IMG/VR virus record: IMGVR_UViG_3300045988_017181
DNA: 41,977 nucleotides
Reading direction: 5' to 3' (one strand)
DNA from: a virus
Shown here: in pieces, positions 7,840-17,383 of the stretch
Numbering within the stretch: the first letter of the stretch is position 1
How the letters are laid out: every line of letters begins with the position of its first letter
The notes under the pieces: model-generated
Seen by the model: the letters and a program-made list of their open reading frames with translations, nothing else
Told to the model about the DNA's origin: nothing
The model's database searches: none
Translations under genes and position numbers: made by a program

Positions 7840-8712
7840 TTACTTATTCTTCCAAGTGTCGACTACAATGGCGGGCTTACTAGCTTCATCAAGCTGTAGT
7901 CTAGCCTCAATTCCTTCATAGAAGACCATATTGGCAATAGTGTTAAACATAAAATCTGCAGACCTCTTAGCAATAACAGAGCCGTGATTATCTACTCTGA
8001 GATAGGATCTAGCAGGAGTAATAATACCAGAGGCAGGGATACTACCAAAGGTAATGGTGCAAGACATCTTGTCTCGCTCTGCAAGGACTACACCGTCCTT
8101 ATTAAGGGTGATGACATTACCCACGTTGGTAAAGGCTTGCGTAGCAATAACCTCAGTGCCATTCTTTTTTAGCGTAAGAGTAGCATTGGTACCCTCAGGA
8201 AGCCCAGAGAAACCAACTCTAACGGTGACGTCATATGCCTCATTGGCAGGGGACACCCAATTAAAACTGTTGGCGCTATCAGAACAGTTGTTAATGTCCT
8301 GAACAATGTACTCCCAAGGGAGATCAAAGGATGCCTTGTTGAGGTCTACGAGATCAACCTCAGTAGACCATACGGATGCAACCTGATGAGCATACTCATT
8401 GAGGGTGCTAAGGCTTACTCTGATGTCATGGTGAGCCTCAGGGTCGTTATTATGCTTGTCGACAGTAACAGTATCAGCAGAAGGCACCTCCGAAGAATTG
8501 GCATTAGCGAACTGCTTAACTGCAACAATCTCCTGAGGAGTAAGCTGTGACGGAGTATTACCCATCAGCTTAGTTGCAACATTGTCATCCTCGCTGTACA
8601 CGAGGGTGTCGAAGGTAACCGTAGGGATCACAGGCTTTGTCGTATAGAAGCCCTTTCTAGCTTCATACTCACAGGCACCTACATTACCATCCCAATAAAC
8701 TTGAATATTCAT
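7840..8712 (-). CDS. Hypothetical protein (290 aa)
   Basis: Long ORF in the gene-dense minus-strand context. No motif recognised. Confidence 0.6.
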   Translation of the reverse strand: MNIQVYWDGNVGACEYEARKGFYTTKPVIPTVTFDTLVYSEDDNVATKLMGNTPSQLTPQEIVAVKQFANANSSEVPSADTVTVDKHNNDPEAHHDIRVSLSTLNEYAHQVASVWSTEVDLVDLNKASFDLPWEYIVQDINNCSDSANSFNWVSPANEAYDVTVRVGFSGLPEGTNATLTLKKNGTEVIATQAFTNVGNVITLNKDGVVLAERDKMSCTITFGSIPASGIITPARSYLRVDNHGSVIAKRSADFMFNTIANMVFYEGIEARLQLDEASKPAIVVDTWKNK

Positions 8713-8714
8713 AA

Positions 8715-8993
8715 TTACTTAGTGATAGGGAACAGTTGGCCAAGACCAAAATTAGTATTGAAGATCTCGGCAGTTACATTAATGTACACCTTAAAGGTTC
8801 TTGTCTTAGTAGCAGACGACTCATCCATATTGATGGTTCTAAACTTCAGCGCATTACTCTTAATCTTTCCCGTAGTATCCGGAACAAGACAAGCCATAAC
8901 ACCATTTCCCTCATTATCTACTCCACAAATAACATTAACAGACTTAAGGAAAACATACTGATCGTCCCCACAGAGTCCCTTAAGGGAGACCAC
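8715..8993 (-). CDS. Hypothetical protein (frame C of the 8715..9262 region); start uncertain
   Basis: ORF with a GTG start. The open frame extends upstream to a TGA near 9030. See the finding on three +1-shifted frames. Confidence 0.4.
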   Translation of the reverse strand: MVSLKGLCGDDQYVFLKSVNVICGVDNEGNGVMACLVPDTTGKIKSNALKFRTINMDESSATKTRTFKVYINVTAEIFNTNFGLGQLFPITK

Positions 8994-9252
8994 ATGATCC
9001 GTCTGACCGAAGCCTCCTACGGAGCCACTTCATCGTGGAGGGAGCACTGGGCATCAGTCGAGTATCAACGAACTCAGGGAGTACCTGCTTTTCACAGCAA
9101 CACTTAAGCTCAGCCTGAAGAGCAGACACTACGTTCTGATTACCACCACCGAAGAGGCCACCAAGGAGACCATTGCCGTTATTAGAGCTATTGAGGACAC
9201 CGAGAGCAAGACCTGCGATACCAACCCGCACCTGCAACACCCTTAGAAGCAA
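8980..9252 (-). CDS. Small glycine-zipper-like membrane protein candidate (frame B); plausible GTG start at 9231
   Basis: GIAGLALGVLNSSNNGNGLLGGLFGGGN segment. TAAGGG lies 8-9 nt before the GTG at 9231. An ATG with a better RBS at 9262 is in another frame and stops after 24 codons. Confidence 0.35.
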   Translation of the reverse strand: MLLRVLQVRVGIAGLALGVLNSSNNGNGLLGGLFGGGNQNVVSALQAELKCCCEKQVLPEFVDTRLMPSAPSTMKWLRRRLRSDGSCGLP

Positions 9253-9314
9253 ATTCAGCCATAATATATCCCTTTCTAGTCATGTAGACTATTATTAATA
9301 GTTAGTAACTTAGA

Positions 9315-9359
9315 TAAAGAAAACTAAGGTACTCATAGTTACCGAAAGAATACCTTAGT
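9315..9359 (-). terminator. Intrinsic-type terminator after the tail-fibre module
   Basis: Perfect 9-bp stem ACTAAGGTA/TACCTTAGT (9351..9359 and 9323..9331) with a 19-nt loop, followed on the minus strand by TTTTCTTT (9315..9322). Confidence 0.5.
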
Positions 9360-9394
9360 GTTACTTAAATACCTACTTTAGCGAGGCCAATTGA

Positions 9395-9808
9395 TCATTC
9401 ATTCTTCTTAGCACTCAAGAACTGAGGCTCAACAGGCCATTGGACATTCTTAGGGAATCCTGATTGCTCAGGGATGTCTCTAAGAGCCTGACGATACACC
9501 TTTACAGCTTCGAGGTCTTCAGGAGAGATTGGGTAGTCAGGGGTAACTAAATAATCAGTACATGAAAGTAATCCATTTCTACGCATACGAACTTCATAAG
9601 CAACTTTTTCTAAAAGCGGTTCAGGTACTCGTTTAACCTCATAATAATCAGGATGAGAGTCGTCAATAAACGCCCCATTTGCATTACACCAATCAATTAC
9701 TACTTGGAATTTTTCACGAGTATTAGGAAGATCTACTTTAATAGGTTTACCTTCTGGATCAAAGGTATAGTCGTCTACTAAAGGCTTATTTACTCTAACC
9801 CCTATCAA
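9395..9808 (-). CDS. Tail fibre assembly chaperone (Tfa-like)
   Basis: C-terminal half R..LL..TDYLV.PDYP......W..YRQALRDIP resembles the caudoviral tail-fibre-assembly family. Directly downstream of the fibre genes. Confidence 0.6.
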   Translation of the reverse strand: MIGVRVNKPLVDDYTFDPEGKPIKVDLPNTREKFQVVIDWCNANGAFIDDSHPDYYEVKRVPEPLLEKVAYEVRMRRNGLLSCTDYLVTPDYPISPEDLEAVKVYRQALRDIPEQSGFPKNVQWPVEPQFLSAKKNE

Positions 9809-10566
9809 TTTCTAGCACCTTCTACTGTAATGAAGAAAATAGTTGCCCAGATATCACCAGTGGTAATTGATCCGTGGTTCCACCATCCTACGTTTGCGTG
9901 TGTTGAGGTAACGTCGTCAAACCCAAAATTAACCTCTGCATACCCTGATGGCATATTAGTTCGTATGATTGGAACGATGTTACGTGACCCGTTCTTAGGA
10001 GGTTGAAAGTTAAAAACTTTACTTCCCCCTGAATTAGGGCTAAGAACACCAATATGTTCTACGTACCAAGATGACAGGGTGGGTACTCTAAGTTCATTAA
10101 ACGAAAGTGCTCCATTTTGGATTACTAAAATGTCGTTTAGTCCTGATGCCATAGAGCAAGCACCTTCCCAGCCAGGAACGTTATAATCATTATCATATAG
10201 TTTTACTACAGCACCTGTATTCCACTCATTGCCCCCACAAATCTCTAATAGATTTGAATTAGGGATTCGTTGGATACGAGAGACACCCCCAAAATGCAAT
10301 TGGCCACTAATATTTCCACCACTCAACGGCAGGCACGTACCCTTATCTTCCTTACCCGCAAGCCCCTCAGTCAACTCAGTGTTAACCTTAGCAACCTCAT
10401 TATCAACATACTCCTTGGGGGCAAGTGGGTAATTCTTTCCTGCTGTACCACTCATGCCCACAAGGGTCTTCTTTTCTTTATCCCATACGATCTGACCTTC
10501 ATGACCTTCATAGGCATTAATCTGTGCAGTCGTACCTGTAATTTGTTTTCTTTCTTTAATAGCCAT
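9805..10566 (-). CDS. Distal tail fibre / receptor-binding protein
   Basis: N-terminal ITGTTAQINAYEGHEGQIVWDKEKKTLVGMSGTAGKNYPLA resembles the conserved N-terminal repeat of phage fibre/tropism proteins. Lies between the gp17-like fibre and Tfa. Confidence 0.55.
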   Translation of the reverse strand: MAIKERKQITGTTAQINAYEGHEGQIVWDKEKKTLVGMSGTAGKNYPLAPKEYVDNEVAKVNTELTEGLAGKEDKGTCLPLSGGNISGQLHFGGVSRIQRIPNSNLLEICGGNEWNTGAVVKLYDNDYNVPGWEGACSMASGLNDILVIQNGALSFNELRVPTLSSWYVEHIGVLSPNSGGSKVFNFQPPKNGSRNIVPIIRTNMPSGYAEVNFGFDDVTSTHANVGWWNHGSITTGDIWATIFFITVEGARN

Positions 10567-10567
10567 A

Positions 10568-11881
10568 TTAAGAACCTAAATCTCCATAATCAATATAACC
10601 GTTGAAGGTAGCAACATCAAGTTTAGCATTCAGCTTTGCCGTCAAATCAGTGATCTGTGCAGACGTATGAGTATGACTCATAGGAGCCTTACTGGCAAGA
10701 CCAGTCTGAAGCTCATTCTTAGTAGCAAGACCACTAAGATCTTGCGCAGGAGGAGTACCAGTGATCTCACTATACGCAATGCTGTCCTTAGATGCAAGGG
10801 CACCAAGCGTAGGCTTGTTCAGAATGAATGCCTTAGACGTACTGTCAGTCTCAGCCCAGTCAGAGTTAATCCGACCACTAGTGGCTTGATCGGCATAACC
10901 CTTAGCGAGATCAGCCTGCTTCTTAGCTTCAACCTCAGAAGCCTTAGCGTGCGTCTCAGCAGTAATCGCCGCAGTCTTAGACAGAGCCGCATTATCCTCA
11001 GAGAGCTTAGCCGCCTTAGCACTATTGCTAGCCGCAGTAGCCTGAGCAGTAGAGGTGTTTGCACTATTAGCCGCATTGGTGGCACTAGCCTTAGCGTTAG
11101 TTTCAGACTCCTTAGCGTTCCTCTCAGAAACCTTAGCTTCCTCAGCCTTTTGGGTAGCGATTACGGCATTCTCATAGACATTCCTCTCAGAGGTTTCGAC
11201 ATTGGTTTGAATCTGTCGAGCCTCTTCAATGATTGCCTGATTTTCTACCTTTACGGTGTCAGCATGCTTAGCCGCAGATACCGCAGTACCTGCAGAAGCC
11301 TTAGCGTTTACTTCAGACTCCTTAGCATTAACTTCAGAAGCCTTGGCATTCCTCTTAGAGACCTTAGCGGCGTCCCTAGCGGCCTCAGCATCTAGCTTAG
11401 CCTGATAGGCACCCTTAGCATCATCTTTGTAGAACTTAAGGGTGATCGCATCGTTGTCATCAATAGGATCCCCAACGTTGACAATACGCTTACCCTTAGC
11501 ATCCCAATTGCCTTCCTTGTCTACAATGAGTGCGTCATTGATGATGTCTCTACCTTCTTCAGCAATATGAATAGTCTGAATGGTAGACACATCAAGGTCT
11601 TTAGCCTTGAGTACCGAAGCGTCCTTAAAGGACACAATACGGTCAGTAGCAGACGTATATCTGCGAATAATGATTTCAGTACCACTAGCTGGAGCTGTAT
11701 TGAATCTAATGGTAGTCTTATCTACAAAGAAGTAGTCTTTAGTGGTGTCACCGTAGTCACCCCCGAGTTTCTCTCGGGAGTCTACGGTGACCTTCACAAA
11801 CTTCTTTGCTAGATAATCAAAGGGCACACTGAAGTCTGTAGTAGACCCATTGCCCTGATAGTTAGCAATAGTAGAAGCCAT
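10568..11881 (-). CDS. Tail fibre protein (T7 gp17-like N-terminal adaptor domain plus Ala-rich coiled coil)
   Basis: N-terminus (DFSVPFDYLAKKFVKVTV...RRYTSATDRIVSFKDASVLKAKDLDVS..Q..H.AEE) is colinear with the T7 gp17 N-domain. Repetitive AKASE/NAKES coiled-coil segment. Confidence 0.85.
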   Translation of the reverse strand: MASTIANYQGNGSTTDFSVPFDYLAKKFVKVTVDSREKLGGDYGDTTKDYFFVDKTTIRFNTAPASGTEIIIRRYTSATDRIVSFKDASVLKAKDLDVSTIQTIHIAEEGRDIINDALIVDKEGNWDAKGKRIVNVGDPIDDNDAITLKFYKDDAKGAYQAKLDAEAARDAAKVSKRNAKASEVNAKESEVNAKASAGTAVSAAKHADTVKVENQAIIEEARQIQTNVETSERNVYENAVIATQKAEEAKVSERNAKESETNAKASATNAANSANTSTAQATAASNSAKAAKLSEDNAALSKTAAITAETHAKASEVEAKKQADLAKGYADQATSGRINSDWAETDSTSKAFILNKPTLGALASKDSIAYSEITGTPPAQDLSGLATKNELQTGLASKAPMSHTHTSAQITDLTAKLNAKLDVATFNGYIDYGDLGS

Positions 11882-11885
11882 TTAG

Positions 11886-14800
11886 TTAATTATCTTCTTG
11901 ATCTGTAATGTAGTTAATCAAAGATTGCTGAATAAAGGGTGCATTCGGAGTAACAGCTTTCAAACTTCTACCGAAAGACTTTGCATATCTCTCTCTATCA
12001 CCTTCTGTATAGTCATCTTCATTGAGGATCCCTGCATTAAACAGGTTTCTAGTGTCCGCCTGAAGGTTATAGAGACCAGTAATAGTTTGAGCCGCAGGAA
12101 TGTTTGCAAGCAAGCTATTGAAATTCAAGTGCTCAGCTTCTTCATCTAGGATATAGCCTTGATCGGCAGTGGACTTAATGCCAGTATTAAACCCTGCAAG
12201 AGAAGCAAGCATTGCAGGCATAGCTAGAATACTAGACCTACTCATGCCGTTAATACCCACATTTAAGATAGTAGTCCAATCTGCATCTCTTAAATCAGAG
12301 ACACCAAACACTCTTGTAAAGTATCTTTCTCTCTGTTCATCATTCATACCCGAAGCAGTAGCAAAGGTCTGACCAAGAGTAGACAACGTGCCAAGAGCAC
12401 CAGAGATAAGCCAAGTCATAGCTTGACCTGCGGCATCCCCCTCTTCAAACCTAAGTGCGCTCTTAGCTAGTCTCTTGTTATAAGACCTAATAGCAAAGCT
12501 CTTAAACTGAGTGAGCAAACCAAGAATTGGGGAATTCTTAGAACCTCTCCACATATAGGCATCAGTTAGGCTCTGTCTCTGGATAACCTCAGAGGCAACA
12601 TAATCACCCAGTCTATGCATGATGGTCATGCTCTTTACATCATTTGCAATAATCGAGTCGTATACATCAGGCTTTACTCTGATCCTACCAAATTTGTCGA
12701 TCTCAGTAGCCTCCTTAAAAGCCCTAGTGAAATCAGCAAAGTCCTTAGGATTGATATTGAGCCTATTAAGAGTCTTGCCATCTAAGAAGGCAACCTTCCC
12801 CTTAATGCCATGAGCGTGTCTTGCAAACTGCCCAATAAAGATGTCTTGAGCTGTCGACACAATGGTTTCTTGGGACTTATTGAGGTACTTAGTAAAAGGC
12901 GAATTAGTAGCCAACCACTGAGTGCCCGCAACCAATCTAGCCTTATACTTATCGCCACCAAACTTATCTAGGTTTCTATCGTAGATCTCAGTCCAAGCTC
13001 CTCTTACTCTAACCTCCTTACCGAAGGCCATGTCTCGGAACTCATCCCTTTCCTGCTTAGTCATACCACCCTTAGACCAATCCTTGATCTTGTCAGGCAT
13101 ACCCGGAATAGACTTAAAGAAGAAGGAAGCACCAAACTCTTTAATACCCTCAGCAATCTCAAAGTGGTTTAGGACACCCATAAAGGCATTGTGAGTGAAG
13201 AGTGTGAAGTACCTAAGAGCGTCTGCAACTGCATTACCCCAAGAAGAAGCATCTTCATTGTCCATGCCTGATCTACCGTAGTAGTCCGATAGGTAAGCCC
13301 TAAAAGCCTTAGCCTGAAGATCTCGCTCGTCAACAGAGGTCTCCTTAAGGTACTCCCCTAGTTGCTTATCCATGATGTCGGAGAACTCCTTGAAGCTCTT
13401 AACACCAAAGGCATCATTGAGGCCCATGTCACCAGATATACGCATGTTGTATCCGTTCATGGTTTCTACAATGTTTGTCTGAAGCCTACTAACAGAGAAC
13501 CCATCATTATCTTTAATAGTGAATTTCCAAGGGGTTCGTTCGTGTTGGTAGTTGTGGGGCATACCTTCACCCTTAGGATCATTCATAAGACCTTTTTTGA
13601 TTGCCTCAGCCTGATCAACATAGCCCAAGGAATCCTCCCAAGCCTTCTTTTTAACCCAAGCAGTAAAATCCTCCTGGTCGGTGGACACCTTAACCTTGGT
13701 ACCTTTAGCGGGAGTGTCCTTAGCCTTAGCCGCTAGTTCTTCTTCATATCTAGCCCTAAGTAGCTTGGTATACTCAGGATCCTCAAGAGTCCTAAGGAGG
13801 AGCTTATAGACACGTGCCCGTGCTTTATTTACTCTCTCCCCATAGGAGCCTGTAAATGTGTTGAGGAAGTCAGACACCTTGTTCTTGCTAAGCCAGTGGC
13901 TTTCGAACTTGTCATTAGACACAGCAGACCTAGCTAAGGGTTTACCATATTCGATATCGCCAGTTGCCTTAAGTTTCCTCATAGCATCCGTCTCACCAAT
14001 CATACCCCTAGATTGAGCCATGTCACCCCACTTACCGTAGAATGCACCCATTCGCTCAACGATCTCTTCAAACAGTTCATTACCGTCAAGATCAGTTTTA
14101 TAACCGTCTCTTCGTCTACGAATCATTTCATCAAGATCGTCACGATCCATTCTGGTAGAATCAAGAAGTTTGAGGATGTCGTCTGATACGATGTCTACAT
14201 CTCGCTCACCATTCTTTCTATAGAAGTCTCTAGCTTCCTCAGCTGTACGAGTAGTATCAGCATTATTGAATTGCTTGAAAGTAGTTCTATCGCCTCTCTC
14301 AGTCTTACCTAGGGAGTCCCAAATCTTCCTGACAGCTTTACCCGCACTAGTCTCAGTTTTTACTTTATCAATGGCGCCTTGAACAGTAATTGTAGGGAGT
14401 TTCCCCTCAAGGTTCTTAAGAGCACTATTGAATGCCTTATGAATCTGTGTCTTCTCAATAGCCTCAGGAATGCCAGTCTTCTTAAAGACGCCCTTGGCAC
14501 CTGAGGCAATCTTTTCAGAGTACATTCTGGCACGCCTAGACGCATCCCCTAGCTTAGTAGCGTCATCCTTAAACTTAGTTGCTCTAGCGATTCCCTCAAT
14601 GGATGCACCAAAAGCCATGCCTGTGGCCATATCCATAAGAGCATCATTGTCATCACCAGAGGAATAGTTATTGAGCTGTCCAGATGCAACACCCATTACG
14701 GCGCCGTATCCAATCCTACCAATAGCGCTACTAGAGCCAAAAACAGGCAATGCGGTAAGAGGATCACCAAACATAGCACCAGTGCCAGATACAAGATTGT

Positions 14801-15218
14801 TCCAAAGGCCTGCTTGTCCCTGAGCATCTCTATACTCCTGTACACTTTTAATTACTTCGAGGTTACTCTTAAAGTCCTCACTGGAGGATGCACCCTTGAG
14901 GACTGCTCTATATCTATCTAGATTATAGCCAAGTTGCTTAAGAGCATCCCAACGCTCTTCATCAGTTGGGACATAGGTGTTTTTGGCAAGGCCCTCCTCA
15001 TATCCGTAAGCCTTTCTAATCTCTACGGAACCCCACTCATTAGTAAGACCCCCTACAAAACCAACTTCAGGCTTTGGCTTCTTATGTGCTTCTTCATATT
15101 CCTTTTCTTCAGCACCTGTGAGGCCTCTAGCGACGACAAACTTATCTGTAAAATAAAGACCGGGGTTAACAGTGTTCCACCCCAGATCTTCGGGAGAAGC
15201 ATCTGGAAAGATAGGCAT
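11886..15218 (-). CDS. Internal virion (core) protein, gp16 position
   Basis: 1110-aa ORF at the syntenic position between the gp15-like protein and the fibre. Confidence 0.7.
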   Translation of the reverse strand: MPIFPDASPEDLGWNTVNPGLYFTDKFVVARGLTGAEEKEYEEAHKKPKPEVGFVGGLTNEWGSVEIRKAYGYEEGLAKNTYVPTDEERWDALKQLGYNLDRYRAVLKGASSSEDFKSNLEVIKSVQEYRDAQGQAGLWNNLVSGTGAMFGDPLTALPVFGSSSAIGRIGYGAVMGVASGQLNNYSSGDDNDALMDMATGMAFGASIEGIARATKFKDDATKLGDASRRARMYSEKIASGAKGVFKKTGIPEAIEKTQIHKAFNSALKNLEGKLPTITVQGAIDKVKTETSAGKAVRKIWDSLGKTERGDRTTFKQFNNADTTRTAEEARDFYRKNGERDVDIVSDDILKLLDSTRMDRDDLDEMIRRRRDGYKTDLDGNELFEEIVERMGAFYGKWGDMAQSRGMIGETDAMRKLKATGDIEYGKPLARSAVSNDKFESHWLSKNKVSDFLNTFTGSYGERVNKARARVYKLLLRTLEDPEYTKLLRARYEEELAAKAKDTPAKGTKVKVSTDQEDFTAWVKKKAWEDSLGYVDQAEAIKKGLMNDPKGEGMPHNYQHERTPWKFTIKDNDGFSVSRLQTNIVETMNGYNMRISGDMGLNDAFGVKSFKEFSDIMDKQLGEYLKETSVDERDLQAKAFRAYLSDYYGRSGMDNEDASSWGNAVADALRYFTLFTHNAFMGVLNHFEIAEGIKEFGASFFFKSIPGMPDKIKDWSKGGMTKQERDEFRDMAFGKEVRVRGAWTEIYDRNLDKFGGDKYKARLVAGTQWLATNSPFTKYLNKSQETIVSTAQDIFIGQFARHAHGIKGKVAFLDGKTLNRLNINPKDFADFTRAFKEATEIDKFGRIRVKPDVYDSIIANDVKSMTIMHRLGDYVASEVIQRQSLTDAYMWRGSKNSPILGLLTQFKSFAIRSYNKRLAKSALRFEEGDAAGQAMTWLISGALGTLSTLGQTFATASGMNDEQRERYFTRVFGVSDLRDADWTTILNVGINGMSRSSILAMPAMLASLAGFNTGIKSTADQGYILDEEAEHLNFNSLLANIPAAQTITGLYNLQADTRNLFNAGILNEDDYTEGDRERYAKSFGRSLKAVTPNAPFIQQSLINYITDQEDN

Positions 15219-17383
15219 TAGTCCTCCTTATTAAGGTATTCTGTATAACCCTTGACATTATGAACAGCCTTTCTGACTAGCTTATCTACAACACCAATAG
15301 GCTCAACCTTAGTTCTAGATTGTTTATCAATATACTTCATAAAGCCCTCATGAATACTCTTTCTATCCCACCTAGCCAAGAGGGCACGGGTGTCTGCATC
15401 AACAACTTCAAAAGAATCAGTCATAGGGTTGTACCCCTTAATGACACCTTCTTTTGCATCCTTCTTAAGGGTTTTGATTTTATTGGTTACTTCTTCCTCA
15501 AACCAGTCCTTAGTCGCCTCAGGCCTAACACCTTTAATCATAAAGAGCTTTGCAGGGATCCTAGAGTCATCAATTGAAATTGTTTCTTTGTCAAGATCCT
15601 CTCTTGCTCTATCCATAGCATCCTTTCTGGACATACCAACATTCATGTAAGCATAAGTCCTATTAACCATGTATCCCTGAGAGTACAAATCACCCTTAGC
15701 ATCCTTGGCTAGATTGTCATAGATCCTCTGTTGCTCCTGTCGACCTTCTCTAGTTTCACCCATCTTCTTCTGTTGCTTAAGAGCACTAACACATTGATTA
15801 TAGGTCATCCCAAGTTGGTTTGCGTTCATCATTGCAAGGAGAACGTCCATATCATAGGAACCCATACCACCAAAGGCCGTAGCAAACTGCTTAGGGTTAG
15901 CCACATAAAAGCTATACATCTTGTCAAGGTAAGTGGGCTTTTCGATGCTAGCGGCATTGGAGTTTTCAAGGGATAGAATATCTGCCTTAATAGCTCTAAC
16001 CACATTGTTGCCTACCTTACTAAGGTAACTAGATGCAGGGTTATAGCCACCAGTTGGATTACAGGCCATCTCTAGAATGTCGTTCTCAGTAATCCTTCCA
16101 TCCTGAACAGCAAACAGGAACTCTCTGTCAATATGCTCTTTAGTAGTCCCTACGACATTCTCAGGATTAGTCGGAAGACCCCTAAGCAAGGACTCATTGT
16201 AGTAATTAGCATTGAGTGTTCTACCTTCTTCCTTAAGGGCATCAATTGAGTTAGCTGTGTTCTTAGCAATCAAGGCTCTCTGTTGATCTCTAGCACTTTG
16301 TAGGGATCTAGTAAGGTACTCTACTTCAGCACTTACAACACCGCCCGCCCTATCTTTTGCAAGAGTCAGCTCCTGCTCAATAGAGCTCGTATCGCCATTA
16401 GCTACCCAATTGTCAACCTTGAGAGCCTGAGAAGTCCAATATTCAGCATCAGCCTTCCATGCGGCATTGCTTGCAGTCTTGAGGGCCTTATCCCAAGCAA
16501 CAGCACCTACCATATCCCTTACAGAACTCTTACCATCTAGGAAGTAAGGCTTCCAGTTCTCTAACTGCTGTAGGATATAGACACCATCCTCTCTACCTGC
16601 AATGTCCTCAAGAAGCCCAGAGACCATAGTTGCTTTATCTGCAGGGGAATAGTGGGCTAGCTTTGGATTCTTTTCACCATCAAAGACATCGAGGACAGTC
16701 CCAACAACGTATGCCGCATTCTTAGATGGGTCGTTAACAGCACCTCTAACATCAGCCAAATCAACAAGTTTAGCCTGTTCCACAGACCACTTGTTATTAG
16801 ACTGGATGTTCTGCAATAGAATCTTCTGTCTACTTTCAGGACTATCTGCATAGAAACCCTTAGAGAACCAAGAGTCTTCATTAATGTCGTACCCAAAGGA
16901 GTCTCTAACATCCTCCATGGCCTTACGGACATGTTTGAAATACTCTGCGTCGACTTCTTCAGGTGACTTTCCGTTAAACTCGTTTCTGTTTACTCTATCT
17001 TGGAAATCCTGTTCTGCAAGACTAAAAGCCAACTTACCATGCTGGTACTTAAGTCTAGACATAGAGACAGGGTCATACTGGAAGGGAATGTTGTTGTTCT
17101 TAATATCCTCTTGGTACTCCTCAAGAGAGTGAGTACGGAGATACTCATCGGCTTGCTTAAAAGCCTTTTCCTTATAGGCGTCTGCTACAGTACCTAGCTT
17201 TTTAAAACCTTCAGCAACAGTAGACAGCCAATCAACTTCTTCCTGAGGGGGCTTAAGGCGATCCTTAATGTTAACCTGAACACCCTTAGCTTCCCCTAGT
17301 TTAGTCATGCCCTGACTAAAGTAATTCCAATTATAAAACCCTTGCTTAGCAGAGGAAGCCCCTGCACTATTCTTATAAGCCAT
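15218..17383 (-). CDS. Internal virion (core) protein, gp15 position
   Basis: 721-aa ORF, synteny only. Confidence 0.7.
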   Translation of the reverse strand: MAYKNSAGASSAKQGFYNWNYFSQGMTKLGEAKGVQVNIKDRLKPPQEEVDWLSTVAEGFKKLGTVADAYKEKAFKQADEYLRTHSLEEYQEDIKNNNIPFQYDPVSMSRLKYQHGKLAFSLAEQDFQDRVNRNEFNGKSPEEVDAEYFKHVRKAMEDVRDSFGYDINEDSWFSKGFYADSPESRQKILLQNIQSNNKWSVEQAKLVDLADVRGAVNDPSKNAAYVVGTVLDVFDGEKNPKLAHYSPADKATMVSGLLEDIAGREDGVYILQQLENWKPYFLDGKSSVRDMVGAVAWDKALKTASNAAWKADAEYWTSQALKVDNWVANGDTSSIEQELTLAKDRAGGVVSAEVEYLTRSLQSARDQQRALIAKNTANSIDALKEEGRTLNANYYNESLLRGLPTNPENVVGTTKEHIDREFLFAVQDGRITENDILEMACNPTGGYNPASSYLSKVGNNVVRAIKADILSLENSNAASIEKPTYLDKMYSFYVANPKQFATAFGGMGSYDMDVLLAMMNANQLGMTYNQCVSALKQQKKMGETREGRQEQQRIYDNLAKDAKGDLYSQGYMVNRTYAYMNVGMSRKDAMDRAREDLDKETISIDDSRIPAKLFMIKGVRPEATKDWFEEEVTNKIKTLKKDAKEGVIKGYNPMTDSFEVVDADTRALLARWDRKSIHEGFMKYIDKQSRTKVEPIGVVDKLVRKAVHNVKGYTEYLNKED

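Noticed and set aside
5260-9262. Search for an NrdG activase (CxxxCxxC radical-SAM protein) near nrdD or anywhere else in the window
   Set aside because: No listed or hand-translated ORF shows the cysteine motif, so none is reported. Absence is stated only at the level of visual inspection.
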